Of a DNA stretch of 59,257 nt, positions 10,844 through 19,470 are shown piece by piece. The stretch is from Cyanobacteriota bacterium. GTDB taxonomy: Bacteria; Cyanobacteriota; Cyanobacteriia; PCC-6307; Cyanobiaceae. Each line of letters opens with the position of its first letter. The first letter of the stretch is position 1. A program made the translations under genes and the position numbers. The notes beneath the pieces are model-generated. The model did no database searches, was not told where the DNA came from, and saw only the letters and a program-made list of their open reading frames with translations. The stretch spans positions 1 through 59,257 of the forward strand of contig JBKDVK010000029.1 in the NCBI GenBank assembly GCA_046338875.1, read 5' to 3'.

Positions 10844-11932
10844 GTGCAGTTCATCGATCAGGCACGGATTGCCGTGCGTGCCGGCCGCGGCGGCGACGGC
10901 ATCATGGCTTTTCGCCGTGAGAAATACGTGCCGGCCGGCGGACCCTCCGGCGGCGATGGGGGCCGGGGCGGCGATGTGCTGCTGGAGGCCGATGCCAACC
11001 TCCAGACCCTGCTCGACTTTCACTACCGGCGCCTGTTTGCCGCCGACGACGGCGCCAAGGGAGGTGCCAATCGCTGCACCGGCGCCAGCGGCCGCCCCCT
11101 GATGATCAAGGTTCCCTGTGGCACGGAGGTGCGGGATGCCCGCACCACCATTCTGTTGGGCGATTTGACCACACCAGGTCAGACCCTGCTGGTGGCGGCC
11201 GGGGGCCGGGGAGGGCTGGGCAACGCCCACTACCTGAGTAACCGCAACCGGGCCCCGGAAAAATTCACCGAGGGCAAGGAGGGTGAATCCTGGCTGCTGC
11301 AACTCGAATTGAAACTCCTGGCGGAGGTGGGCATCATCGGCTTACCGAATGCCGGCAAGAGCACATTGATTGCCGTGCTCTCAGCGGCTAGACCCAAGAT
11401 CGCCGATTATCCGTTCACCACCTTGGTGCCCAATCTTGGCGTGGTGCGGCGCCCCAGTGGCGATGGCACCGTGTTTGCCGATATTCCCGGCTTGATTGCC
11501 GGCGCTTCTCGAGGGGCGGGCTTGGGGCACGCTTTCCTGCGCCATATCGAAAGAACCCGGATCTTGATCCACCTCCTCGATGCCGGCAGCGAAGACGTTG
11601 TTTCAGACCTCAAGGTGGTGGAAGCAGAACTAAAAGCCTATGGACATGGTCTGGAAAGTCGTCCGCGACTGGTAGTGCTCAACAAAATTGATGTGGTTCC
11701 CCAGGAAGATCTGGAGGCTCTAGCTGAATCAGTAAGCCAAAACTGCGGCGGCCATCGACCGTTACTCATTTCAGCCGCCACATCCAAAGGGCTGGACACC
11801 CTGCTGGTGGAGGTATGGAAACAACTCAAGCAGCTGGACGAGGCTCAGCAAATCCAGGAGAATTCAGCTGGGGAGGATTTGTCTAGTGAGATCCCGTCCA
11901 TTGCCTCACAAACAGCGAATCAATCGTCGTAG
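10844..11932 (+). CDS. obgE: GTPase ObgE/CgtA
   Basis: FIDQARI, Gly-rich Obg domain, [17 protein letters not shown] and NKID. Confidence 0.97.
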   Translation: MQFIDQARIAVRAGRGGDGIMAFRREKYVPAGGPSGGDGGRGGDVLLEADANLQTLLDFHYRRLFAADDGAKGGANRCTGASGRPLMIKVPCGTEVRDARTTILLGDLTTPGQTLLVAAGGRGGLGNAHYLSNRNRAPEKFTEGKEGESWLLQLELKLLAEVGIIGLPNAGKSTLIAVLSAARPKIADYPFTTLVPNLGVVRRPSGDGTVFADIPGLIAGASRGAGLGHAFLRHIERTRILIHLLDAGSEDVVSDLKVVEAELKAYGHGLESRPRLVVLNKIDVVPQEDLEALAESVSQNCGGHRPLLISAATSKGLDTLLVEVWKQLKQLDEAQQIQENSAGEDLSSEIPSIASQTANQSS

Positions 11933-12138
11933 ACGCGGCATTCGGGCGCTTCGGGATTGAGATCGCAGTAGACCTCGAGTGGGCTGGGGTCGTGGCTGTC
12001 TTCGGGATGGTGCTCCTTGTACTCCTTCAGCCCCTTTAGTTCTTCTTCCAGATGGCGGACCTTGCCCAAGTTGCCTTCGGCCTTGGCGGCCTCGATCTCC
12101 ACCTGATCCTTCTGGATGTGGTCGTCGATGCTTTTCAT
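11920..12138 (-). CDS. cp12: CP12 Calvin-cycle regulator, picocyanobacterial type (C-terminal Cys pair only)
   Basis: [11 protein letters not shown]...[19 protein letters not shown]. It has the C-terminal CP12 motif but no N-terminal Cys pair. Confidence 0.9.
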   Translation of the reverse strand: MKSIDDHIQKDQVEIEAAKAEGNLGKVRHLEEELKGLKEYKEHHPEDSHDPSPLEVYCDLNPEAPECRVYDD

Positions 12139-12267
12139 GACGTCGCCGGCCCGGAGGGGCCGGAATTCGGCTCGCCCACCATACGGGGGGGGAGCCGCTG
12201 CGGCGTACTTCTGTCGGCTCTTGTGCGTTGGCGCTGATGAAAAGCCGAACCAGGGGACACTGGACCG

Positions 12268-12345
12268 CCTGCGCAACCGGCCTGCGCAATCGACCTGCTC
12301 ACCCGGCCTGCTCGCCCGACCTGCGCAACCGGCCTGCTCAGCCGG
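12268..12345. repeat. 13-bp tandem repeat x6 (CCTGCKCRVYCGR)
   Basis: Units are CCTGCGCAACCGG, CCTGCGCAATCGA, CCTGCTCACCCGG, CCTGCTCGCCCGA, CCTGCGCAACCGG and CCTGCTCAGCCGG. The last unit holds the stop codon of the ABC-F gene. Confidence 0.9.
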
Positions 12346-14278
12346 CCAGATCACTCAGCTCCAGCCAACGTTCTTCAGCGCTGGCAATGCGTTCCAGCAA
12401 ATTGGCCAATTCATGGCTGAGGGCCTCAAGTTCGCCGTAATCGCCACTGGGGGGAAGGGCCATCTGGTTCTCCAGCAACTGACGCCGCTCTTCCCAGGCC
12501 GGCAGATCCCGCTCGATGGCCGCTAGTTCACGGGTTTCGCGAAAGCTGCGGCGGCGGGGCATCGCTGGGGCAGATCGAGCCTCGGCCGCTGCCGGCAACG
12601 GCTCTGGCCCGGCCCCTGCAGCGGCCAGCGGGGGCGAGGGGGTCTGGGCTTGGGATGCTGCCGCACTGGCTAGCTGGTGCTCCAGGTAGCCGCTGTAGTT
12701 GCCCTCAAATCGCCGCAGCCGACCCGCATCAAAACTGAACAGCCGATCGACGGTGCGATCCAGAAACCAGCGGTCGTGGGAGACGACCACCACGCAACCT
12801 TGAAAATCCTCAAGAAAGTCCTCCAGCACCGTCAAGGTGGCCACATCGAGATCGTTGGTCGGTTCATCAAGCAACAACACATTGGGGGCGCTGATCAGCA
12901 GCCGACACAAATGCAGCCGGCGCCGTTCCCCGCCGGAGAGCCGGGCCACAGGCTGGTGCTGCTGGGCCGGAGGGAACAAAAAGCGTTCCAGCAACTGGGA
13001 AGCGCTGAGCTCCACCCCATCCACCTCGACCCGGCTTGCCTCTTCTTGAACCACATCGATCACCTTGCGCTCGCCCCCCCGCCCAGCATCGACGGGCTGC
13101 AGGGCGGCACTGTGGTGATCGAAATAGCCCAACCGCACGGTGGAACCGAGTTCCTGCCGTCCAGAAGCGGGGGCTAGACGGCCAGCGATGGCGTCCAACA
13201 AACTCGATTTGCCGACCCCGTTGGGTCCGATGATGCCGATGCGGTCCTCGGGTCCGAAGTCATGGCTGAATTCCTCCAGTAACAAGCGATCACCAACCTG
13301 GATTGCGAGGTTTTCCGCTTCGATGGCCCGTTTGCCCAGCCGCCGGGCCGTCGAACCCATCTGTAGAGCTGCCTTGGCCTGACGCACCGGCTGCTCCCGC
13401 ATCGCTTCAATACGCTGCAGACGGGCCTTCTGCTTGGTGCTGCGCGCCTTGGGGCCCTGGCGCAGCCAGGCCAGTTCGCGACGCAGGCTGCCCCTGAAAC
13501 GGGCTGCCCCGGCGATCTGGGCCTCCTCCTCTTCGGCGCGGCGGGCCAGATAGGTGGCGTAGTTACCCTCGTAGCCGCGGGCCTCGCCCCCCTCTACCGC
13601 CACAATCCGCCGGGTGACCCGATCCAGCAGATAGCGATCGTGGGTGACGAGCACCAAGGCGCCACGGAAACGATCCAACCAGCCCTGCAACCACTCGACC
13701 CCATCGGCATCGAGATGGTTGGTGGGCTCATCCAGCAGCAGCACATCGGGCTCGGCTACCAGGGCAGCGGCCAGGGCGACACGGCGGCGATTGCCACCGG
13801 AGAGATCCCCCACCCGTTGGTGGGGATCCCGCAGCCCGACCCGGGCCAGAACATCCTGGCAACGGCGCTCCAGGGTCCAGCCTAGGCCAGCCTCCAGACC
13901 TTCATGCAGCTGACTGAGGCGGGATTGCAGGACCCCATTAGCCGGGTCGTCCGCCAGGGCCTGGCTGAGTTGCTGGTGTTGCTCCAACAGAGCCAGAGTC
14001 TCGGCGCAGCCGGAGCGCACTTGCTCGATCACCGTGAGATCGGCTTCCAGGACAGGGTCCTGATTCAGTAGCACCACTTTGAGCCGGGGTGAGCAACGAC
14101 GCTGGCCCCGGTCCAGGGGTTCGACCCCGGCCAGGACCCGCAGCAGGGTGCTTTTGCCAGCGCCATTGGGTCCTATCAACCCCAGGCGCTCGCGCTCACC
14201 GACATGCAGATTGAGGTCGGCGAAGAGGACGCGCAGGCCAAAATCCTTGCCTGCCCCCTCCAGAGAGATCAGGCTCAC
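12338..14278 (-). CDS. uup: ABC-F family ATPase (Uup-like)
   Basis: Two ABC domains (GPNGAGKS, GPNGVGKS; DEPTNHLD, DEPTNDLD), GPKARSTKQKAR linker and a C-terminal coiled domain ending EERWLEL. Confidence 0.88.
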   Translation of the reverse strand: MSLISLEGAGKDFGLRVLFADLNLHVGERERLGLIGPNGAGKSTLLRVLAGVEPLDRGQRRCSPRLKVVLLNQDPVLEADLTVIEQVRSGCAETLALLEQHQQLSQALADDPANGVLQSRLSQLHEGLEAGLGWTLERRCQDVLARVGLRDPHQRVGDLSGGNRRRVALAAALVAEPDVLLLDEPTNHLDADGVEWLQGWLDRFRGALVLVTHDRYLLDRVTRRIVAVEGGEARGYEGNYATYLARRAEEEEAQIAGAARFRGSLRRELAWLRQGPKARSTKQKARLQRIEAMREQPVRQAKAALQMGSTARRLGKRAIEAENLAIQVGDRLLLEEFSHDFGPEDRIGIIGPNGVGKSSLLDAIAGRLAPASGRQELGSTVRLGYFDHHSAALQPVDAGRGGERKVIDVVQEEASRVEVDGVELSASQLLERFLFPPAQQHQPVARLSGGERRRLHLCRLLISAPNVLLLDEPTNDLDVATLTVLEDFLEDFQGCVVVVSHDRWFLDRTVDRLFSFDAGRLRRFEGNYSGYLEHQLASAAASQAQTPSPPLAAAGAGPEPLPAAAEARSAPAMPRRRSFRETRELAAIERDLPAWEERRQLLENQMALPPSGDYGELEALSHELANLLERIASAEERWLELSDLAG

Positions 14279-14949
14279 GAAACGGGCACGACAGGTTGGG
14301 ATTCGCCGCGACGTTGCCGCTCCAGGTGGGCGAAGACGCTCTTGTCACCGACATCGGCGGCGGTGGGCATCGGGAACTTGCGCAGGCAAAGCAGCACCAG
14401 CAGAACGGCCTGCAGGGCTAACAGAGCCATGGTCAGCTCGGGGCCGATGACGCCGGTCAGGCGGCCCAGCAGGGCCAGGGGCAACAGCAGGGTCACACCG
14501 ATGGCCTCCGGCCGCTGGAAACAGAAGAACTCTTTGAAGCCCACCCCGGCCAGGGCGGCAAAGAAGGGTCCCACTGCCAGGATCCAGAGGGGCTGGCGGG
14601 CCAGCACCGGCAGCATCTGATTTGGTCCAACCCTGACAGCCAGCCACAGGCCGCCAAGGCATCCCAGCAACCAGAAGGCCTTCAGGGCCAGATGCAGGGG
14701 CCGCAGATAGATGTGAATCCGCAACAGGGCCAGGCCCAGGCCCGCCGCCATCAGCAGCAGCCAGGGCCAGGCCAGGGACGGACCCCAGCGATACCACTGC
14801 ACCAACAGCGCGAGCTCACCCAGGGCAACGGCGCTGAGGGCGAGGCGATAGGTGAGAACCTCCCGCTGATCCTGCTGGGTGATCGTGAACTCACCAAATA
14901 TCCCTTGGTGAACCGCTGGCGACGCGGCGGTGGGGGAACTGCTGGTCAT
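14275..14949 (-). CDS. DUF2301-like integral membrane protein
   Basis: GIFGEFTIT, IHIYLRPLH, GFKEFFCFQRPE and DVGDKSVF match the cyanobacterial family as recalled. Confidence 0.8.
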   Translation of the reverse strand: MTSSSPTAASPAVHQGIFGEFTITQQDQREVLTYRLALSAVALGELALLVQWYRWGPSLAWPWLLLMAAGLGLALLRIHIYLRPLHLALKAFWLLGCLGGLWLAVRVGPNQMLPVLARQPLWILAVGPFFAALAGVGFKEFFCFQRPEAIGVTLLLPLALLGRLTGVIGPELTMALLALQAVLLVLLCLRKFPMPTAADVGDKSVFAHLERQRRGESQPVVPVS

Positions 14950-15953
14950 GGAAGGGCCGGCGGTTGGGCTTGCACCAGTGTGCTCAGGTCAGGGCCCGCC
15001 GGAACGATTCCGGAGGGATGCAGGGGGAACAGGGATCCGAAATAGTCGCGCCGCCAATGTTCGCTCGCACAGGTGGCCGCCACCCCGGGCAACCCGTAGA
15101 ACCGGGAGCGCCAGCGCCAGAGGGCCGGCAACTGCCAGAGGGGCCTGCGGCTGCAGCCGAACAGGGGGGAATAGACCATTTCCAGGCGGATCAGGGTGGG
15201 GAAAAGCACCACATCGGCCAGGGATGGCTTGGCAGTGCCGGCCAGCCAGGGGCCACCCCCCTCCTCCAGCCCAGGCGGTGGGTTCGCTTCGGCAACGGCC
15301 AGGGAGCGATCCGCGTCTTCTAGACACTCAAAAAGGGCCGCCTCGGCCTCGTCGTAGGCGGCCTGGGTCCGGGCAAAACCACAGCGATAGACACCGTCAT
15401 TGACCTCCCCCTGCAGCCGCTGGCGCCAGGCGTCGATGGCGAAGCGATGGGTTTCGGGAGCCAGGTCGGGCCCACTGGCCTGGGGCCAGCCGTTCAACAA
15501 TTCGATCAGCCGGGCGCTTTCGCTCAGCACGATTGTCTGGCCTGAACGGCCATACAACGCCGGCACCGTGGCCCTGGTGCCGGCAGGGGCACCACTGCGC
15601 CGGTAGAGATCGAGCAAGGTGGCGCAGCCCTCAAAGGGTTGGGGGAATCGCCAACGGCCGGCCTGGGGGTCCGGTTCCACCAACTGCAGATCCACCCAAG
15701 GCTGCAGGCCCCGCAGGGTCCAGGTGATCCAGGCACGATGGGCCCAGGGACAGCTGCGGCCGACGATCAGCACATGGCCGCCGGGCCGGCCGGCGTCCGC
15801 CGACTGGGGCGGCAGGGTGGCAAACACGGGGGCCGGGCGGAGATAGCGCCCCTGGGCATCGGCCGGGCCGAGCCCCGCCATCAATTGACGCCACTGGCAA
15901 TGCCAAAAGTGGCGCACACCGCGGACAAGGGCTGCCGGGGGAGCCATGGCCAT
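14946..15953 (-). CDS. Glutathionyl-hydroquinone reductase / GST omega-like
   Basis: CPWAHR catalytic motif, TVP, ES, VNDGVYRCGFA and GIVPAGP. Start uncertain. Confidence 0.85.
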   Translation of the reverse strand: MAMAPPAALVRGVRHFWHCQWRQLMAGLGPADAQGRYLRPAPVFATLPPQSADAGRPGGHVLIVGRSCPWAHRAWITWTLRGLQPWVDLQLVEPDPQAGRWRFPQPFEGCATLLDLYRRSGAPAGTRATVPALYGRSGQTIVLSESARLIELLNGWPQASGPDLAPETHRFAIDAWRQRLQGEVNDGVYRCGFARTQAAYDEAEAALFECLEDADRSLAVAEANPPPGLEEGGGPWLAGTAKPSLADVVLFPTLIRLEMVYSPLFGCSRRPLWQLPALWRWRSRFYGLPGVAATCASEHWRRDYFGSLFPLHPSGIVPAGPDLSTLVQAQPPALP

Positions 15954-16053
15954 CGCTTCAGACAAGGTTGACTCTGGGTCAGCACCGGCCCCAAGGCGGG
16001 CAAGCAGTCAGCGGGGTTCCGCCAAACTGCAATCAAGAAAGTGAGGGCCTCCG

Positions 16054-17025
16054 ATGGATTACGGCAACGGTGGCGACCATCGGCAGGGGCGCGTCCTGCT
16101 GGTTGGCGGAACCCATGGCAACGAACGCAATGGCCTCTGGCTCCTCGACCAATGGCGTCAACACCCTGGCCAGCTGCACCGCCATGGCTTGGCGATCGAA
16201 CTGGTGGTTGGCAATCCGGCCGCCGCCGAAGCCAATCGGCGTTATCAGCAGCGGGACCTGAACCGCAGTTTCAGAGCCGAACTGCTCAGCGATCCCGACT
16301 CCCAGGAGTACGAGCTGAGGCGGGCCCGCGAGCTGCTGGCCCGCCATGGTCCCGAGGGCAATGAGCCCTGCCTGGTGGCAATCGATCTGCACAGCACCAC
16401 GGCCGCCATGGGCAACAGCCTGGTGCTCTACAACCGCCAGCCAGCCTCCCTGGCGCTGGCGGCCGCGCTGCAACGGCGCCTTGGATTACCTATTTATTTG
16501 CACGAAAGCGATCCTCACCAGAGCGGTTATCTGGCGGCCTGTTGGCCCTGTTCCCTGGTGATTGAGGTGGGCCCCGTGGCCCAGGGTTTGGTGTGCGGGG
16601 CCATCTGCCAACAAAGCCAGATCGCCGTGGAAACCGCCCTCGAGGCCCTTTCCCAGGCCCGCGAGGGTGAGATCCGCCTGGGCAGCGAGCTGGTTGTCCA
16701 TCGCCACCTGGTCAGCATCGACCTGCCCCGCCATGACGATGGCTCCCCGGCGGGTCTGGTGCATCCCGGCCTTCAGGATCGGGATTGGCGTGCCTTGAAG
16801 GCTGGGGATCCGCTGTTTGTGGCGATGGATGGAACGGTGACGGTCTTCACCCCGGAGCATGGCGACACAAGCGAGCATTGCTGGCCGGTGTTCATCAACG
16901 AGGCGGCCTACGGCGAGAAGGGCATTGCCCTCAGCCTGACCCGTCGGGAAATTCTGCCGGTGGCCGCCGGTTGGGCCGCAAGCCTGACGGCGCTGGCCAA
17001 AAGGCTCAAACTGGCGCTGCCTTGA
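16054..17025 (+). CDS. Aspartoacylase / succinylglutamate desuccinylase family
   Basis: GGTHGNE, DLNRSF, IDLHST, IEVGP and FINEAAY. Confidence 0.9.
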   Translation: MDYGNGGDHRQGRVLLVGGTHGNERNGLWLLDQWRQHPGQLHRHGLAIELVVGNPAAAEANRRYQQRDLNRSFRAELLSDPDSQEYELRRARELLARHGPEGNEPCLVAIDLHSTTAAMGNSLVLYNRQPASLALAAALQRRLGLPIYLHESDPHQSGYLAACWPCSLVIEVGPVAQGLVCGAICQQSQIAVETALEALSQAREGEIRLGSELVVHRHLVSIDLPRHDDGSPAGLVHPGLQDRDWRALKAGDPLFVAMDGTVTVFTPEHGDTSEHCWPVFINEAAYGEKGIALSLTRREILPVAAGWAASLTALAKRLKLALP

Positions 17026-17059
17026 GGCGGCAGGCAATCGGGCTGAGGCGAGCCCTGCT

Positions 17060-17404
17060 TCAACCGCAAACAAGGGTGGACTGTTCTTTGGTGCAGGGCA
17101 GATCGGTGGTGCTGCCGTTGGCCCAATAAATCCGCAACCTGTCGTCATCGGAGCCGCTGCGCAGGGTGAGGGACTTAATCACCCCGGCGGGAGGTTTGCC
17201 GGAGCGATCGGCGCCGTCATTGCGCTGCCGCTCCTGGTTCAGCCGCTGCTCCAGCTGCTGCAGACGCAACTCCAGGCGATCGAGGCGCTCGGCCTGGGCC
17301 GCCGGTTTGGTTTGGCAACCGGTGAGTAGCAGAGCCAGTGCCAGCAGGCAGGCCTGGGCCGAACGGCCCGGGCTGCACGGCAGGGGCGGTTGGCACGAAG
17401 ACAT
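17060..17404 (-). CDS. Hypothetical lipoprotein
   Basis: Hydrophobic stretch ending in lipobox LTGC, a coiled coil, and C-terminal LRIYWANG..LPCTKEQSTLVCG. Confidence 0.65.
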   Translation of the reverse strand: MSSCQPPLPCSPGRSAQACLLALALLLTGCQTKPAAQAERLDRLELRLQQLEQRLNQERQRNDGADRSGKPPAGVIKSLTLRSGSDDDRLRIYWANGSTTDLPCTKEQSTLVCG

Positions 17405-17531
17405 CAAGCAGGCAGCAACTGATCTCCTCCTAGCTCCCTTGGCAAGGTGCGACCAGAAGGGAAGGCCGACCGCAAGACGGCCACGGCCCCACCCCCCTCT
17501 CTGCTGCGGATGAGCGGACTTAAAGACCCCC

Positions 17532-17561
17532 TTCACAAAAGCCGCAATGATCCGTTACAGT
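17532..17561 (+). promoter_or_regulatory. psbA promoter (-35 TTCACA, 18-bp spacer, -10 TACAGT)
   Basis: Sigma70-like boxes with the architecture known for cyanobacterial psbA promoters, about 95 bp upstream of the ATG. Confidence 0.65.
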
Positions 17562-17565
17562 TACT

Positions 17566-17654
17566 CATGACGGGGTGATTTTCCCCGTCCATCCATCCGT
17601 CCGGTACCGCTTTTGCCCCCTGGGGCGGGTGCCAACGACACCCCCTTCGACCTC
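17566..17654 (+). promoter_or_regulatory. Structured psbA 5' UTR (candidate PhotoRC-I-like RNA motif)
   Basis: Hairpin GACGGGG-TGATTTT-CCCCGTC at 17569-17589, at the predicted transcript start. The family assignment rests on position only. Confidence 0.45.
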
Positions 17655-18734
17655 ATGACCGCCACAATCCAACAGCGCTCCGGCGCTTCGGCGTGGAATC
17701 AGTTCTGCGATTGGGTCACCTCCACCAACAACCGCCTTTATGTGGGCTGGTTCGGTGTGCTGATGATCCCAACGCTGCTGGCCGCGACCATCTGCTTCAT
17801 CGTTGCCTTCATCGCCGCTCCCCCCGTCGACATCGACGGCATCCGTGAGCCCGTTGCCGGCTCCCTGATGTACGGAAACAACATCATCTCCGGTGCTGTT
17901 GTCCCCTCGAGTAACGCCATCGGCCTACACTTCTATCCCATCTGGGAAGCAGCCAGCCTTGATGAATGGCTTTACAACGGTGGCCCTTATCAGCTGGTGG
18001 TTTTCCACTTCCTGATTGGTGTTTTCTGCTACATGGGCCGCGAGTGGGAACTTTCCTACCGCCTTGGCATGCGCCCCTGGATCTGCGTTGCTTACAGCGC
18101 ACCAGTTGCCGCCGCCACCGCAGTGTTCCTGATCTACCCCTTCGGTCAGGGTTCTTTCTCCGACGGTATGCCCCTCGGCATCTCCGGCACCTTCAACTAC
18201 ATGTTGGTGTTCCAAGCCGAGCACAACATTCTGATGCACCCCTTCCACATGTTGGGTGTGGCTGGTGTATTCGGTGGCAGCCTGTTCTCCGCCATGCACG
18301 GCTCCCTGGTGACCAGCTCCTTGGTGCGTGAAACCACCGAAGCTGAATCCCAGAACTACGGCTACAAGTTTGGCCAAGAAGAAGAGACCTACAACATCGT
18401 TGCAGCTCACGGCTACTTCGGTCGTCTGATCTTCCAATACGCCTCCTTCAACAACAGCCGTAGCCTGCACTTCTTCCTGGCTGCCTGGCCCGTTGTCGGC
18501 ATCTGGTTCACCGCCCTGGGCGTCAGCACCATGGCCTTCAACCTGAATGGCTTCAACTTCAACCAGTCGATCCTCGACGGCCAAGGCCGCGTGATCAACA
18601 CCTGGGCCGATGTGCTCAACCGTGCCGGCCTCGGCATGGAAGTGATGCACGAGCGCAATGCTCACAACTTCCCCCTCGACCTGGCTGCTGCCACCGCCAC
18701 CCCCGTGGCGCTGACCGCTCCTGCGATCGGTTGA
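17655..18734 (+). CDS. psbA: Photosystem II D1 protein, Glu130 (D1:2-type) form
   Basis: Canonical D1 sequence (NRLYVGWFG...[13 protein letters not shown]). YMGREWE shows Glu at position 130. Confidence 0.99.
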   Translation: MTATIQQRSGASAWNQFCDWVTSTNNRLYVGWFGVLMIPTLLAATICFIVAFIAAPPVDIDGIREPVAGSLMYGNNIISGAVVPSSNAIGLHFYPIWEAASLDEWLYNGGPYQLVVFHFLIGVFCYMGREWELSYRLGMRPWICVAYSAPVAAATAVFLIYPFGQGSFSDGMPLGISGTFNYMLVFQAEHNILMHPFHMLGVAGVFGGSLFSAMHGSLVTSSLVRETTEAESQNYGYKFGQEEETYNIVAAHGYFGRLIFQYASFNNSRSLHFFLAAWPVVGIWFTALGVSTMAFNLNGFNFNQSILDGQGRVINTWADVLNRAGLGMEVMHERNAHNFPLDLAAATATPVALTAPAIG

Positions 18735-18774
18735 TCAACCCTCTGGGTTGAATAACTTCAAGGGTTTCGACAAC

Positions 18775-18803
18775 AAAGCTCCCGCTTCGGCGGGGGCTTT
18801 CTT
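18775..18803 (+). terminator. Rho-independent terminator of psbA
   Basis: AAAGCTCCCGC-TTCG-GCGGGGGCTTT followed by CTT. Confidence 0.85.
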
Positions 18804-18921
18804 ATATGGGACAGTTGCAGCCCATCGTGATGGCTGGGACAACGTTCGTTAATGCTCAGATCGCTGCCGAAGAGATCGAAATCGAGTCAAAGCAAAGATT
18901 CCTCTAAGGCATTTTGGTTGA

Positions 18922-19101
18922 TCAACAGGGCAGCAAGCCCCAACAGCGCAGACAGGCATTGGCGTTGCCAAAGTCATCAGCTTCCATATTCAGCCACAGC
19001 AGGCTGGGGGCGAGGCTGCTCGAGAAAACTTCCAGCGCCCGATCCGCCTCTGTTGCGTTGAGGGCGTCGGTGCGCACCTTGAGGGCCAAGGCCGAATGCA
19101 G
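18922..19101 (-). pseudogene. VapC/PIN toxin internal fragment
   Basis: Manual translation gives LHSALALKVRTDALNATEADRALEVFSSSLAPSLLWLNMEADDFGNANACLRCWGLLPC*, resembling the middle of VapC toxins. It has no start codon and lacks the N-terminal DTS and C-terminal DALHLA acidic motifs. Confidence 0.65.
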
Positions 19102-19317
19102 CTAGGTGGCATCCCGCTGGGCACGAACGGCGTCAACACCGCTGCTGGGCTGAGGTGGCAGCGCCTCGCGCAAGGCCTGGAGCTGCGGCAGCAAATACCC
19201 CACGGGGCGGCGGGGCACCATTGCGGCGATGGGCTTGCCCCTGCGGGTAATCAACACGGGCTCGCCGCCCTCCACCGCACCGAGCAGGCTGGAGAGCTGG
19301 GCCTTGGCTTCAGCCAC
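19102..19317 (-). CDS. Phd/YefM family antitoxin (possibly N-terminally shortened)
   Basis: VAEAKAQLSSLLGAVEGGEPVLITRRGKPIAAMVP is the Phd/YefM signature. The upstream ATGs at 19337/19340 are out of frame. Confidence 0.85.
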   Translation of the reverse strand: MAEAKAQLSSLLGAVEGGEPVLITRRGKPIAAMVPRRPVGYLLPQLQALREALPPQPSSGVDAVRAQRDAT

Positions 19318-19342
19318 TTCGAGGCGAGCCTGGGCATCATTA

Positions 19343-19399
19343 TCTATTGGCCAATGCCAGGTCTATTGGCCAATGCCAGTTCTATTGGCCAATGCCAGC
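19343..19399. repeat. 19-bp tandem repeat x3 with palindromic core ATTGGCCAAT (putative TA operator)
   Basis: TCTATTGGCCAATGCCAG(G/T/C) at 19343, 19362 and 19381, directly upstream of the antitoxin. Confidence 0.9.
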
Positions 19400-19406
19400 G
19401 AGAACG

Positions 19407-19470
19407 GGCAGATGAGCTGTCGCTGACAAGGCAAGAGCTCAGGCAAACAGGCCGGGACAGCTCATCTGCC
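19407..19470. repeat. Perfect 15-bp inverted repeat overlapping the glgB stop
   Basis: GGCAGATGAGCTGTC (19407-19421) and GACAGCTCATCTGCC (19456-19470), with a 34-bp spacer. Confidence 0.85.

Noticed and set aside
10784-11302. N-terminal extension of the 565-aa ABC ATPase ORF
   Set aside because: It overlaps obgE on the other strand. Homology begins at LAEVRFQGVSK (10783).
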